This document shows positions 21,411 through 30,555 of a stretch of DNA of 64,000 nucleotides, in pieces. The notes under the pieces were generated by a model. That model did not search any database and had not been told where the DNA came from. It was given only the letters and a program-made list of their open reading frames with translations. Within the stretch, counting starts at the first letter, position 1; each line of letters starts with the position of its first letter. Origin of the DNA: Candidatus Binatia bacterium (GTDB lineage Bacteria > Desulfobacterota > Binatia > UBA9968 > JAJDTQ01); the NCBI GenBank assembly GCA_963666515.2, contig OY762897.2:2560001-2624000 (forward strand). The letters are read 5' to 3'. Both the position numbers and the translations under genes were made by a program.

Positions 21411-22457
21411 ATGCGCCGTGAACCTTCAGAGATCCTCTCCCCCCGCGACCGCGCCGACTGGAGCGTCACGGCTCCATCGATCCTGACCCCCCGAGAACGC
21501 CCTCCGGGTCAGCTCGCCGCCGGAATGGTCCGGACCCTGTTCGACCGTCCACGGTGGCTCGAACCCCGTCACCTCTACGACGAGAGAGGGTCGCTGCTGT
21601 TCGAGGAGATCTGCGAGCTGCCCGAGTACTACCCGACCCGGACCGAGGCGGCGATCCTCGAGCGCGAGGCCGGCGCGCTCATGAGCTTGGCGCCGGTGGA
21701 CTGCATCGTGGAGCTGGGCGCCGGCTTCTCCAAAAAGACCGTCCACCTGCTCAAGGCGCTGACCCGCGCCCGCGGCCGCGGCACCTTCGCCGCGGTGGAC
21801 GTGAGCGCAACTGCGCTCATGGCCTCCCGGCGCATGGCCGAGGAGCTGTTTCCGGAGCTGGCGTTCACCGGACTCGAAGCCCGCTTCGAGGACGCCATCA
21901 CCAGCATCACCCGGGAGCTCCCGAAACTCGTCGTGTTCCTGGGCAGCACCATCGGCAACTTCACCCCCACCGACATGCTGCACTTCCTCGGCCACCTCAC
22001 GGACAACATGGGACCCGACGACTACCTCCTGCTGGGAGTGGACCGGATCAAGGAGCCGGAGGTCATCGAGGCGGCCTACGACGACTCCCGCGGCGTCACC
22101 GCCGCCTTCATCCTCAACGGCTTCAACAACGTCAACCGCATCGCCGGAGCCGACTTCCAGCAGGAGAAAATCGCCTACCGGAGCGGCTACAACCGCCAAC
22201 GCGCGCAAGTGGAGATGTGCGGCGTCGCCCGGGAAACCCACCGGGTGAGTTTTCCGCGCCAGTCCGCGTCGTTCGTATGGGAGAAGGACGAAGCGATCCT
22301 GGTGGAGACCAGCCGCAAGTTCGACCCCGATGACCTGCAGGTGCAGCTCCGCTGTTTCGGCCTGGAGACCCTGGGCCACTGGACCGACCCGGACCAGTGG
22401 TTCTCGCTGCTCCTGTTCCGCCGGAACGCGCCCGCACCTTCCGCGGAGTTGCCATGA
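21411..22457 (+). CDS. egtD: L-histidine N-alpha-trimethyltransferase (hercynine synthase)
   Basis: YDERGSLLFEEICELPEYYPTRTE, VELGAG..KKT, FLGSTIGNF, AAYDDSRGVTAAF, ETSRKF. Confidence 0.9.
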   Translation: MRREPSEILSPRDRADWSVTAPSILTPRERPPGQLAAGMVRTLFDRPRWLEPRHLYDERGSLLFEEICELPEYYPTRTEAAILEREAGALMSLAPVDCIVELGAGFSKKTVHLLKALTRARGRGTFAAVDVSATALMASRRMAEELFPELAFTGLEARFEDAITSITRELPKLVVFLGSTIGNFTPTDMLHFLGHLTDNMGPDDYLLLGVDRIKEPEVIEAAYDDSRGVTAAFILNGFNNVNRIAGADFQQEKIAYRSGYNRQRAQVEMCGVARETHRVSFPRQSASFVWEKDEAILVETSRKFDPDDLQVQLRCFGLETLGHWTDPDQWFSLLLFRRNAPAPSAELP

Positions 22458-23773
22458 AGAAAGTCCCGGACAAGACGCCCGCCTACGACCTCACGGATTC
22501 CCGCTTCTGGGACGAGAAGGACCTGCGCTCCGAGGTCGAGCGCGTCTTCCATCTGTGCGCCGAATGCCGGCTGTGCGTGAAGTTCTGCGGCAGCTTCCCG
22601 AAGCTGTTCGACGCCATCGATTCCTACTGCACCGAGGAGGAGTTCGCCGAAGTGGACTCCAGCAAGCTCAAGCCCGACGACGTGGACGAGGTGGTGGACC
22701 TCTGCTTCCAGTGCAAGCTCTGCAACATCAACTGCCCCTACACGCCGGGAGACCACGATTGGGCCATCGACTTCCCGCGCCTCATGGCCCGGGCCAAGGC
22801 CCAGCACGTCAAGAAGCACGGCGTGTCCTTCACGGACCGGATGCTGGGGAACCCCGACTTGGTGGGCAAGCTCGGCTCCGCCACCGCGCCCATGGCCAAC
22901 TGGGGCAACGAGAACCGCGTGCACCGGCTGTTCATGCAAGGGGCGCTGGGCATCCACAAGGACAAGAAGCTGCCGCCGTTCGCCTGGAAGACCTTCGCCT
23001 CCCGGTTCCGGTCCGCGCGCCGGGAGCCCCAGGGCGAGCCGGTGGCGAAGGTCGCCTACTTCGCCACCTGTTTCGTCAACTACAACGAGCCCGGCATCGG
23101 ACTCGACACGCTGGAGGTCATGGCCCGGAACGGGGTGGACGTGGCGCTGGCCTACCGGGAGTGCTGCGGCATGCCGTCCTGGCACAACGGCGACATGGAC
23201 AAGGCCGTGGCGCAGGCGCAACGGAACGTGGAGTTGCTGACCCCGTACGTCGAGGAAGGCCGGACCATCGTCGCCACCAACCCCACCTGCTCCATGACCC
23301 TGCGCGACGAGTACCCGCGGCTTCTCGGCACCCAGGCGGCACGGGACGTGGCCGAGCACACCACCGACCCCACCGCCTTCCTGGCCTCGCTTCACGCCGA
23401 GGGCAAGCTCAACCGGGACTTCAAGACCGGCCCGGGGAAGGTTGCCTACCACATGCCGTGCCACCTGCGGGCGCAGCGGCTGGGCAACAAGACCAGCGCT
23501 CTCCTGTCGCTGCTGCCGGACACCGAGGTCACGCTGATACAGGCGTGCTCCGGACACGACGGCACCTGGGCCATGAAGCGCGAGAACTTCGAGGCCTCCA
23601 TGCGCTGGGGCCGCCAAGCGTTCCGGGGCGTCGAGGAGGCCGGCGCCGCGGTGGCGTGCTCCGACTGTCCCCTGGCCGCCATCCAGATCGAGCAGGCCAC
23701 CGGGAAGCATCCGCTGAACCCGCTGCAGATCCTGGCCAGGAGCTATCGCGGCGAGGAGGACTGGGATTCGTGA
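22454..23773 (+). CDS. Fe-S oxidoreductase (GlpC/HdrD-like, CCG domains)
   Basis: CAECRLCVKFC and CFQCKLCNINCP [4Fe-4S] motifs; CCGMP, HMPCH, CSGHDG, CSDCPLA. Confidence 0.85.
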   Translation: MKKVPDKTPAYDLTDSRFWDEKDLRSEVERVFHLCAECRLCVKFCGSFPKLFDAIDSYCTEEEFAEVDSSKLKPDDVDEVVDLCFQCKLCNINCPYTPGDHDWAIDFPRLMARAKAQHVKKHGVSFTDRMLGNPDLVGKLGSATAPMANWGNENRVHRLFMQGALGIHKDKKLPPFAWKTFASRFRSARREPQGEPVAKVAYFATCFVNYNEPGIGLDTLEVMARNGVDVALAYRECCGMPSWHNGDMDKAVAQAQRNVELLTPYVEEGRTIVATNPTCSMTLRDEYPRLLGTQAARDVAEHTTDPTAFLASLHAEGKLNRDFKTGPGKVAYHMPCHLRAQRLGNKTSALLSLLPDTEVTLIQACSGHDGTWAMKRENFEASMRWGRQAFRGVEEAGAAVACSDCPLAAIQIEQATGKHPLNPLQILARSYRGEEDWDS

Positions 23774-23801
23774 TCTCCCCACCCCGACCACGAGGACGCC
23801 C

Positions 23802-25763
23802 ATGAACATCGCCCTGGAGATCGAGGAACGCGCGCCGTTTGCGGAAGGGGCCGACTTCGGCCCGGTGGGCGCCTACGAACGGATCAAGGGACGGGCGCGG
23901 TTCGCCATCGACCCGCGCTTGGCCGCCAACCGGCACATCGTGGACCTGACGCTGGCGCCCACGGACGGCCGCGGCTTGGTGGAGTACTCCACGGAGTTCT
24001 TCATCGTCAAGCCCGTGGACATGAACCGCGGCAACCGGCGGCTGCTCTACGACGTCAACAACCGCGGCAACAAGCGCGCGCTCCAGTTCTTCAACGACGC
24101 CCCGCCCAACAACGACCCGCGCACCGCGGAGGACGCCGGCCACGGCTTCCTGATGCGCCGGGGCTACACGGTGGCGTGGTGCGGGTGGCAGGGAGACCTG
24201 CTTCCGGGGGACGGGCGCCTGACCATGGAGCTGCCCGTGGCCGCGGGACCCGATGGCCCAGTCACCGGACCCTTCCGGGCCGAGTTCATCAACGAGGAGC
24301 CCGGTGTGACGACCGTTTCCGTGGGCGGACATGATTACATCCGGCCCTGTCCGTCCGTGGACCTCAATACCGCGGCGGCCTCCCTCACCTGCCGGCGGCT
24401 GGAGCAGGACCCGCGCCAGCCCGTACCCGCACGCGACTGGCAATTCGCCGCCCCGGACGCCGCCGGCAACGACTGGCCGTCGGCCGTCCATTGCCACCTG
24501 CCCGGAGGCTTCCGGCCCGGCTGGATCTACGAGCTCATCTACACCGCCAAGGACCCGCTCGTGCTGGGGCTGGGCTTTGCCGGCGTGCGCGACCTCATCG
24601 ACTTCCTGCGCCACGCCGACGAGGACGCGGCCGGACAGGCCAACCCGTTGCGCGAAGGATCGCCGGGCGTCGAGAAAGCCTACGGCTGGGGACGCTCTCA
24701 GAGCGGCCGATTCCTGCGCGGGTTCGTCTACGAGGGTTTCAACGTTTCGGACAGCGGCCGGCGCATCTTCGACGGCGTGTTCTCCCACGTGGCCGGCGGC
24801 GGACGGCTGCGGCTCAACTACCGCTTCGCACAGCCCGACCGCTATCCGCGCCAGCACGAGGACCACCTCTACCCGTCGGAGGAGTTCCCCTTCGCCTACC
24901 ACCGCACCGAGGACCCGTTCAGCGGGGAGCAGGACGCGATCCTGAAACGGCCGGAGACCGACCCCGCCGTCATCCACACCCAGACCGCCACCGAGTACTG
25001 GCAACGGCGCGGCTCCCTGGTGCACACCGACCCCAGCGGCAACGACCTCCCCGAACACCAGAACGTGCGCGTCTACCTGCTGTCGTCCCTGCAGCACAAC
25101 GACGCGGCCGCCGCCCTGGAAGGCGGCGTGCCGCGATACCCGCTCAACCCGCTGCCGGCCAATCCGGTGCTCCGCGCCCTGCTGAGCGCCCTGGACGAGT
25201 GGGTCACCGAAGGGGTCCCGCCCCCGGACAGCCGTGTGCCGACGCGGTCCGGCGGCGACCTCATCACCGGGGACGCCTACCGGAGCGCGTTCCCGGCCGT
25301 GCCGGGCAGCGCCTGTCCCGACCCTCATGCACTGTACCGCCTGGACCGCGGAGCGGACTTCGCCGACGGCGTCATCTCCCGCGAACCGCCGGTGGAGGAC
25401 CGCACCCGCGAATATCCGGTTCTGGTGCCCTTGGTGGACGGCGACGGCAACGAGAGCGCGGGGGTACGGGTGCCTGAAGTGGCCGCGCCCCTGGCCACAT
25501 ACGCGGGCTGGAACCTGCGCAAGGACTCGGAAGTGATGGCGGGCATCGTCGGCAGCGCCCTGCCCTTCGCGGAGACGGAGGAAAACCGTGCCGCACAGGA
25601 CGACCCGCGACCGTCCATCGAGGCGCGCTACCCGTCGAGGGAAGCATACCTGGACGCGGTCCGGGCGGCAGCGGTGGCCCTTCAGGAAAAGCGTCTGCTG
25701 CTGGCCGAAGACGTGGAGCGTTGCGTGGCGGCGGCGGGAAAGCGATGGGATGCGCGGCACTGA
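23802..25763 (+). CDS. large alpha/beta hydrolase domain-containing protein (Abhydrolase_10-like)
   Basis: YDVNNRGNK, GWQGD, nucleophile elbow G-R-S-Q-S-G, VDGDGNESAGVRVP, IEARYPS. Confidence 0.75.
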   Translation: MNIALEIEERAPFAEGADFGPVGAYERIKGRARFAIDPRLAANRHIVDLTLAPTDGRGLVEYSTEFFIVKPVDMNRGNRRLLYDVNNRGNKRALQFFNDAPPNNDPRTAEDAGHGFLMRRGYTVAWCGWQGDLLPGDGRLTMELPVAAGPDGPVTGPFRAEFINEEPGVTTVSVGGHDYIRPCPSVDLNTAAASLTCRRLEQDPRQPVPARDWQFAAPDAAGNDWPSAVHCHLPGGFRPGWIYELIYTAKDPLVLGLGFAGVRDLIDFLRHADEDAAGQANPLREGSPGVEKAYGWGRSQSGRFLRGFVYEGFNVSDSGRRIFDGVFSHVAGGGRLRLNYRFAQPDRYPRQHEDHLYPSEEFPFAYHRTEDPFSGEQDAILKRPETDPAVIHTQTATEYWQRRGSLVHTDPSGNDLPEHQNVRVYLLSSLQHNDAAAALEGGVPRYPLNPLPANPVLRALLSALDEWVTEGVPPPDSRVPTRSGGDLITGDAYRSAFPAVPGSACPDPHALYRLDRGADFADGVISREPPVEDRTREYPVLVPLVDGDGNESAGVRVPEVAAPLATYAGWNLRKDSEVMAGIVGSALPFAETEENRAAQDDPRPSIEARYPSREAYLDAVRAAAVALQEKRLLLAEDVERCVAAAGKRWDARH

Positions 25764-25808
25764 AGGACGCCATCCAGACGTTGGCTGATAACCGGCGTTT
25801 GCTGACGG

Positions 25809-26591
25809 CTATTCCATCAAGCCGTTGTCCCGCAAGAACTCAATGACGAAGGCATCGAAGCCCGCGGGGTCCTCGATGCAGCAGGCGTGACCCGTTCCCG
25901 GCAGCACCTTGTGTACCGCTCCGGGAGTCAGGGCCGCGGTCTTTCTTCCACCCTCCAGCGACATGTCGTGCTCGCCGTTGATGACCAGGGTGGGCACCTT
26001 CATCTCCGAAAGCCGCGGCGTCATGTCGGTGCCGGCACGGGCGCGGAAGATCTGCGCGATGGACTTCCCCGACAACCACGGGTTGCGCTCCAGGAAGATG
26101 TCCAGCAGGTACTTGCCCAGCCGGGTGCTCTCGAAACCCGGCGCCACCAACTCCTTGATGTGCTTCTCGTGATACGTGGTCACGTCGTCCGTGTAGCCTT
26201 GGATGCGGTCTCCGACGCGAGCCCCTCCGCCGCTGCTCCCGCCCACCAGAATCACGGCACGGAACATTTCCGGGTGGTCCAGCCCCAGAAGCAGCGCGAT
26301 GCCGGAGCCCACGCTGACGCCGCCAATGACGGCCTCCTCCACACCCTCGGCCCGGCACACGGCGAGCACGTCCCCCGCCATGTCCCCCAGGGAAAACGGC
26401 GTCTCCGGCTTGTCGGACCGGCCATAACCCCGGATGTCCAGCGAGGTCACCTTGAACCACGTGGAGAAGTGGGCCACCTGGTACATGAGGAGGTTGTGAT
26501 CGAACGGGTTGGCGTGCACCCAGATGAAGGGCAGGCCCTCACCCGAGACCTCGTAGTAGATGCGCACCCCATCGGAATCAGTGTACGGCAT
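25809..26591 (-). CDS. alpha/beta fold hydrolase
   Basis: DIRGYGRS, GVSVG elbow, PTLVINGEHD, GTGH. Confidence 0.85.
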   Translation of the reverse strand: MPYTDSDGVRIYYEVSGEGLPFIWVHANPFDHNLLMYQVAHFSTWFKVTSLDIRGYGRSDKPETPFSLGDMAGDVLAVCRAEGVEEAVIGGVSVGSGIALLLGLDHPEMFRAVILVGGSSGGGARVGDRIQGYTDDVTTYHEKHIKELVAPGFESTRLGKYLLDIFLERNPWLSGKSIAQIFRARAGTDMTPRLSEMKVPTLVINGEHDMSLEGGRKTAALTPGAVHKVLPGTGHACCIEDPAGFDAFVIEFLRDNGLME

Positions 26592-26686
26592 GATGCACCT
26601 CGCGTCGTTCCAACCACGAAACCGGACACACTGCAAACGGGGAAGCAAAACAGACCGACCCATCAAAATCATGCTATAAAGGTCCC

Positions 26687-27070
26687 ATGACGACGGCCGA
26701 AAGCGTCCGGCTCGACAAATGGCTGTGGGCGGCACGGTTCTTCAAGACCCGCTCGCTCGCGGCCGAGGCGGCGCAGGGCGGCAAGGTCCACGTGCGCGGC
26801 GACCGCGCCAAGCCGGCCCGGCCGGTTCGCGTCGGCGACCGGTTGGAGATCCGGCGCGGCGCCTATGAATGGGTGGTCACCGTAAAGGGTCTATCGACGA
26901 GACGCGGCCCGGCCAAGGAGGCCGCGTTGCTGTACGAAGAAACCGAGGAGAGTGTGCGCAACCGCGACGCCTCGTGTGCCCAGGCCCAGGCCGCCCCCTT
27001 CGGGGAACGCGGCGGACGGCCCACCAAGAAGGACCGCCGGGATCGGGCGCGTTTCGCGCGAGAGGATTGA
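26687..27070 (+). CDS. hslR: ribosome-associated heat shock protein Hsp15 (S4 domain)
   Basis: RLDKWLWAARFFKTRSLA, RRGPA..A..LYEET, RPTKKDRR. Confidence 0.93.
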   Translation: MTTAESVRLDKWLWAARFFKTRSLAAEAAQGGKVHVRGDRAKPARPVRVGDRLEIRRGAYEWVVTVKGLSTRRGPAKEAALLYEETEESVRNRDASCAQAQAAPFGERGGRPTKKDRRDRARFARED

Positions 27071-27150
27071 CGCGGTCTCTCTACCGGGCGCACCTCTCGG
27101 TCAGCGCACTCCAGGAAGCGGTTTCCGTCCGCAGGGAAGGAGAAGAAAGT

Positions 27151-28206
27151 ATGGCTTCTTTCGAGGTGAAAGTTTACCGGATTCAGGTCGAGGAACATCC
27201 GAACGCGGATGCCCTGGAGTTGGCCCGCGTGGGCGGGTACGTGAGCCTGATCAAGAAGGAGTCGTTTTCGACGGGCGACTTGGCGGTTTACATCCCCGAG
27301 GCATCCATCGTTCCCGAAGACGTGATCCAGGAGCTTGGGCTTGAGGGGCGTCTTGCGGGGAAGAAGAAGAACCGGGTGAAGGCGATCAAGCTTCGCGGGA
27401 TACTGTCCCAGGGCCTGGTCTACCCCATCACCGGCAATCGCCTTCGCGGGGTCTCCGTGAATGAGGGCGATGACGTGATTGAGGCGCTCGGCGTGGAGAA
27501 GTGGGAGCCTCCGATCCCTGTCCACTTGTCCGGCAAGGTGCAGAACTCTCACGGAGCGACACTTCACTACGACATCGAGGACATCAAGAAGCACCCGGAG
27601 GTCTTCAAGGCCGGGGAAGAAGTGGAAGTCACCGAGAAGATCCACGGCACTTGGTGTTGTCTCGGTTGGAACCAGGAACGCGGACCGATCGTGTCGTCGA
27701 AGGGATTGTCCTCCCAAGGGTTGTCCTTCAAGGTCGATGATACGGACAATGCGGACAATCTGTACGTCCGCATGTGGAAGAGGTACGGCGACCTCGTGAA
27801 GCAGCGGGCGGAGCATTCGGGCCGGTCGTTGTACGTCCTGGGAGAGATCTTCGGACGTTCGGTCCAGGACCTTCGATACGGCGAGAAGCAACAGGCCTTC
27901 GCCGTTTTCGACGTGTACGTCGGAGACCCCGGTTCCGGCAAGTACCTGACGCGGTCCGAGGTGTCGGAATTCACTGGCGAGGATTTCCCAACGGTTCCGG
28001 TCCTTTACCAGGGTCCTTTCGATGAGAGCCTTCTTTCCGAGTGGACGTCCGGCAGGACTCTATGGGGCGAGGGGGTTGAACAGATGCGGGAAGGCGTCGT
28101 TATTCGGGATTGCGCCGAAGGGTCGGACATGGAGATCGGGCGGCGAGTTCTCAAGAGCGTGTCCGAGGGCTATCTGCTTCGGAAGGGGGGAACGGAGTTC
28201 AACTAG
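27151..28206 (+). CDS. ATP-dependent RNA ligase, DRB0094 (DraRnl)-like family
   Basis: N-terminal HPNADALE domain and KLRGILSQG; nucleotidyltransferase motifs I TEKIHGT, III GEIFG, IIIa FAVFDV, IV REGVVIR, V LKSVS; purine-rich RBS before ATG at 27151. Confidence 0.88.
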   Translation: MASFEVKVYRIQVEEHPNADALELARVGGYVSLIKKESFSTGDLAVYIPEASIVPEDVIQELGLEGRLAGKKKNRVKAIKLRGILSQGLVYPITGNRLRGVSVNEGDDVIEALGVEKWEPPIPVHLSGKVQNSHGATLHYDIEDIKKHPEVFKAGEEVEVTEKIHGTWCCLGWNQERGPIVSSKGLSSQGLSFKVDDTDNADNLYVRMWKRYGDLVKQRAEHSGRSLYVLGEIFGRSVQDLRYGEKQQAFAVFDVYVGDPGSGKYLTRSEVSEFTGEDFPTVPVLYQGPFDESLLSEWTSGRTLWGEGVEQMREGVVIRDCAEGSDMEIGRRVLKSVSEGYLLRKGGTEFN

Positions 28207-28221
28207 GACCGGTGACCTACA

Positions 28222-28266
28222 TCATGCATGTGGGTAAAAATGCGGCTATTTTATCCACATGCATGA
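28222..28266. terminator. AT-rich inverted repeat between convergent genes
   Basis: TCATGCATGTGG...CCACATGCATGA, a perfect 12-bp stem that extends with GTAAAA/TTTTAT. Confidence 0.5.
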
Positions 28267-28287
28267 ACGGACGCTTGCGGGACCGTC

Positions 28288-29535
28288 CTACATTCCCTCC
28301 AGCAGCACCGTGCGGATCATCGAGATGGCGTTGAGGCTCATGCGGGTGCGGTCGGGGCCGCCGCGGCCGCCGAGGTTGTAGGTGCGGGTGTTGAACTTCG
28401 TGCCGTCGGTGACCGAGATGTAGGTCTGGCCCCTGGCGAGGTTGACCGCGGTGTCGCCGGGATTCTCCACTGCGTGGAGCGCCAGACCCAGGTCGCTTCC
28501 GGCCTGCTGCCGGACGGTCCAGGCCAGTTCCTCGGTGAGCGGCTCGGGCTGCTCCAGCAGCGCATCGGCCTCGTCCGGTCGGCGTGAGTTCGCCAGCAAC
28601 CGCCGCGTCCCCCGCTCTCCCGGCGCCACCATGCCCTCCACGAAGTGCTCTTTGCTGGCCCGCTGCAGGCGGTCGGCCACGAGCCCCGCGGTCATATCCT
28701 CGAAGACGGCCACGCTCCGGTCCTTCTCCCGCAGCAATCCGCCCACCGCGTCTTCCATGGTCTCGTCGTCCACGGCGAAGATGTGCGTGGTGAGCAACTC
28801 CCGCACCTGCGCCTCCACCGGCGCGATGAGCTTCATGGCTTCCTCGCGGCTCGACGCCTTGGCGGTGATGCGCACGTCCACTTGGCCGGGATGAGCGAGC
28901 ACCCCCACGGTGGGGTTGCTGGAGTTGGCGATGAGGTCGCCGATCTCGTGGTCCACCGAGCTTTCGCCCATGTCGGTGACCTTGAGCACCCGGTAGGTGA
29001 TGGTCTCCGAGAGATCCCACTTGCGCCGCGCGTACGGGGTCACCTCGTTCTCGAAGAGCCACTTCATCTCGTGGGGCACCCCCGGCAGCGCGAAGATGAC
29101 GCCCTTCTCGTGCTCGACGATGAACGACGGCGCGGTGCCGTTGGGGTTCTCCACCGGGATCGCCCCCTCGGGAATGTCGGCCTGGCGCTCGTTGTTGGGG
29201 GTCATGATCATGCCGCGGCGACGAAAGCGCCGGTCGATCTGGTCCAGCAGGCCCAGGTCCCGCACCAGCTTGCGGCCGCACACCTCGGCGATGATCTCGC
29301 GGGTGAGGTCGTCCTGGGTCGGGCCGAGGCCGCCGCTGGTGATGACGAAGTCCGCCCGGTCCAGCGCCCGGCCGATGACGTCCTTCATGCGCCCGGGGTT
29401 GTCGCCCACGATGGTCTTGAAGAAGAGGTTGACCCCGAGGTCCGACAGCCGCTGGGCCATCCACGCGGAGTTGGTGTCCACGATCTGGCCTAGCAGCAGC
29501 TCCGATCCGATGGCGACGATTTCAGCGTTGGGCAC
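28288..29535 (-). CDS. cinA: CinA family protein (MocF-like N-domain; degenerate PncC C-domain)
   Basis: AEIVAIGSELLLGQIVDTN, VGDN, SGGLGPTQDDLT, NPNGTAP, LPGVPHEM. Confidence 0.88.
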   Translation of the reverse strand: MPNAEIVAIGSELLLGQIVDTNSAWMAQRLSDLGVNLFFKTIVGDNPGRMKDVIGRALDRADFVITSGGLGPTQDDLTREIIAEVCGRKLVRDLGLLDQIDRRFRRRGMIMTPNNERQADIPEGAIPVENPNGTAPSFIVEHEKGVIFALPGVPHEMKWLFENEVTPYARRKWDLSETITYRVLKVTDMGESSVDHEIGDLIANSSNPTVGVLAHPGQVDVRITAKASSREEAMKLIAPVEAQVRELLTTHIFAVDDETMEDAVGGLLREKDRSVAVFEDMTAGLVADRLQRASKEHFVEGMVAPGERGTRRLLANSRRPDEADALLEQPEPLTEELAWTVRQQAGSDLGLALHAVENPGDTAVNLARGQTYISVTDGTKFNTRTYNLGGRGGPDRTRMSLNAISMIRTVLLEGM

Positions 29536-29983
29536 GATGCGCTCCACCGGTGCGCTCGATCAGGGCTTCGAGCGCGCGCATGGCTTGGGCGTGCGAGGCG
29601 CGGTGCGCCACCATCGTTTCCTTGTGCGCAGTCATGGCTTCCCTGTGTGCGGCCATGAACTCCTCGTGCCTGACCATGAACTCCTCGTGCGCAGCCCTTT
29701 GCCCGGCCATGACTTCCTCGTGCGCGGCCCCGTGCGAAGCCATGACTTCCTCGTGCGCGGCCCTGTGCGAAGCCGTGACTTCCTCGTGCGCAGCCCTGTG
29801 CGAGGCCATGAATTCCTCGTGCGCAGCCCTATGCGAGACCATGAACTCCTCGTGCGCGGCCCTTTCGCGCTCGGAGCGCTGATCCCCGGACCGGCGCATC
29901 AGCACGATGCCGATCCATACAACCCCGACCATCAGCAGACTGATGGCGGCTTGCGCGATTCCTGTCCATTCCGATACAGACAC
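29522..29983 (-). CDS. membrane-anchored His/Met-rich repeat protein
   Basis: GTG at 29983 with GGGAG RBS, one hydrophobic segment, then 6 x RAAHEE(F/V)MASH-type units, ending AMRALEALIERTGG. Confidence 0.6.
   Translation of the reverse strand: MSVSEWTGIAQAAISLLMVGVVWIGIVLMRRSGDQRSERERAAHEEFMVSHRAAHEEFMASHRAAHEEVTASHRAAHEEVMASHGAAHEEVMAGQRAAHEEFMVRHEEFMAAHREAMTAHKETMVAHRASHAQAMRALEALIERTGGAHRAQR
29666..29863 (-). repeat. six tandem 33-bp coding repeats
   Basis: Units start at 29863, 29830, 29797, 29764, 29731 and 29698 (exact 33-bp spacing). Confidence 0.9.
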
Positions 29984-30199
29984 GGCGCGTCTCCCGTCGG
30001 TCCGCCAACTCCAGGCGACCATGATAGTTCTTTCCGCTACTGGATATCAAACGACGCCACAGCCTCGCCGCCGCATCCAAAGCGAACCCCTTCCCTATGG
30101 TAGCTATTCGGCACCGCCGGACGGAACTTAAGCGGCGGCTCAGAAATTTGAGCTTCCGGGTGGAACTTTAGCCAACTGGCCCTTTCATAAGGGCCCCCT

Positions 30200-30555
30200 G
30201 ACGAGCGGGCGGTGTACCTGGCCATGGGGATCACCTGCGGCGGCGACAAAGACGTGCTGGGGCTGTGGATCGAGCAGAGCGAGGGGGCCAAGTTCTGGCT
30301 TCGGGTCATGAACGAGCTCAAGGCCCGTGGCGCCCAGGACGTGCTGATCACGGTGGTGGAGGGGTTGAAGGGTTTTCCTGACGCGATCACCAGCGTCTTC
30401 CCCGAATGCGCGGTTCACCTCATCCGTCACTCGCTGTAGTTTGCCGCGTGGAGGGACAGAAAGCCGCTGGCGAAGGCCCTCAAGGCCATTGACGGGCCGT
30501 CCTCGGCCGAGGCCGGAGCTGGACCGTTTCGAAGCCGGCCCCTGGGTCAACAGTG
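30200..30555 (+). pseudogene. IS256-family transposase fragment
   Basis: AVYLAMG...VLGLWIEQSEGAKFWLRVMNELKARG..D.LI.VVEGLKGFPDAI...VHLIRHSL, then internal TAG, a deletion and a frameshift. Confidence 0.85.

Noticed and set aside
29666-29863. 33-bp periodic repeats as a CRISPR array
   Set aside because: Repeats are contiguous with no unique spacers, keep the reading frame, and no cas genes are present.
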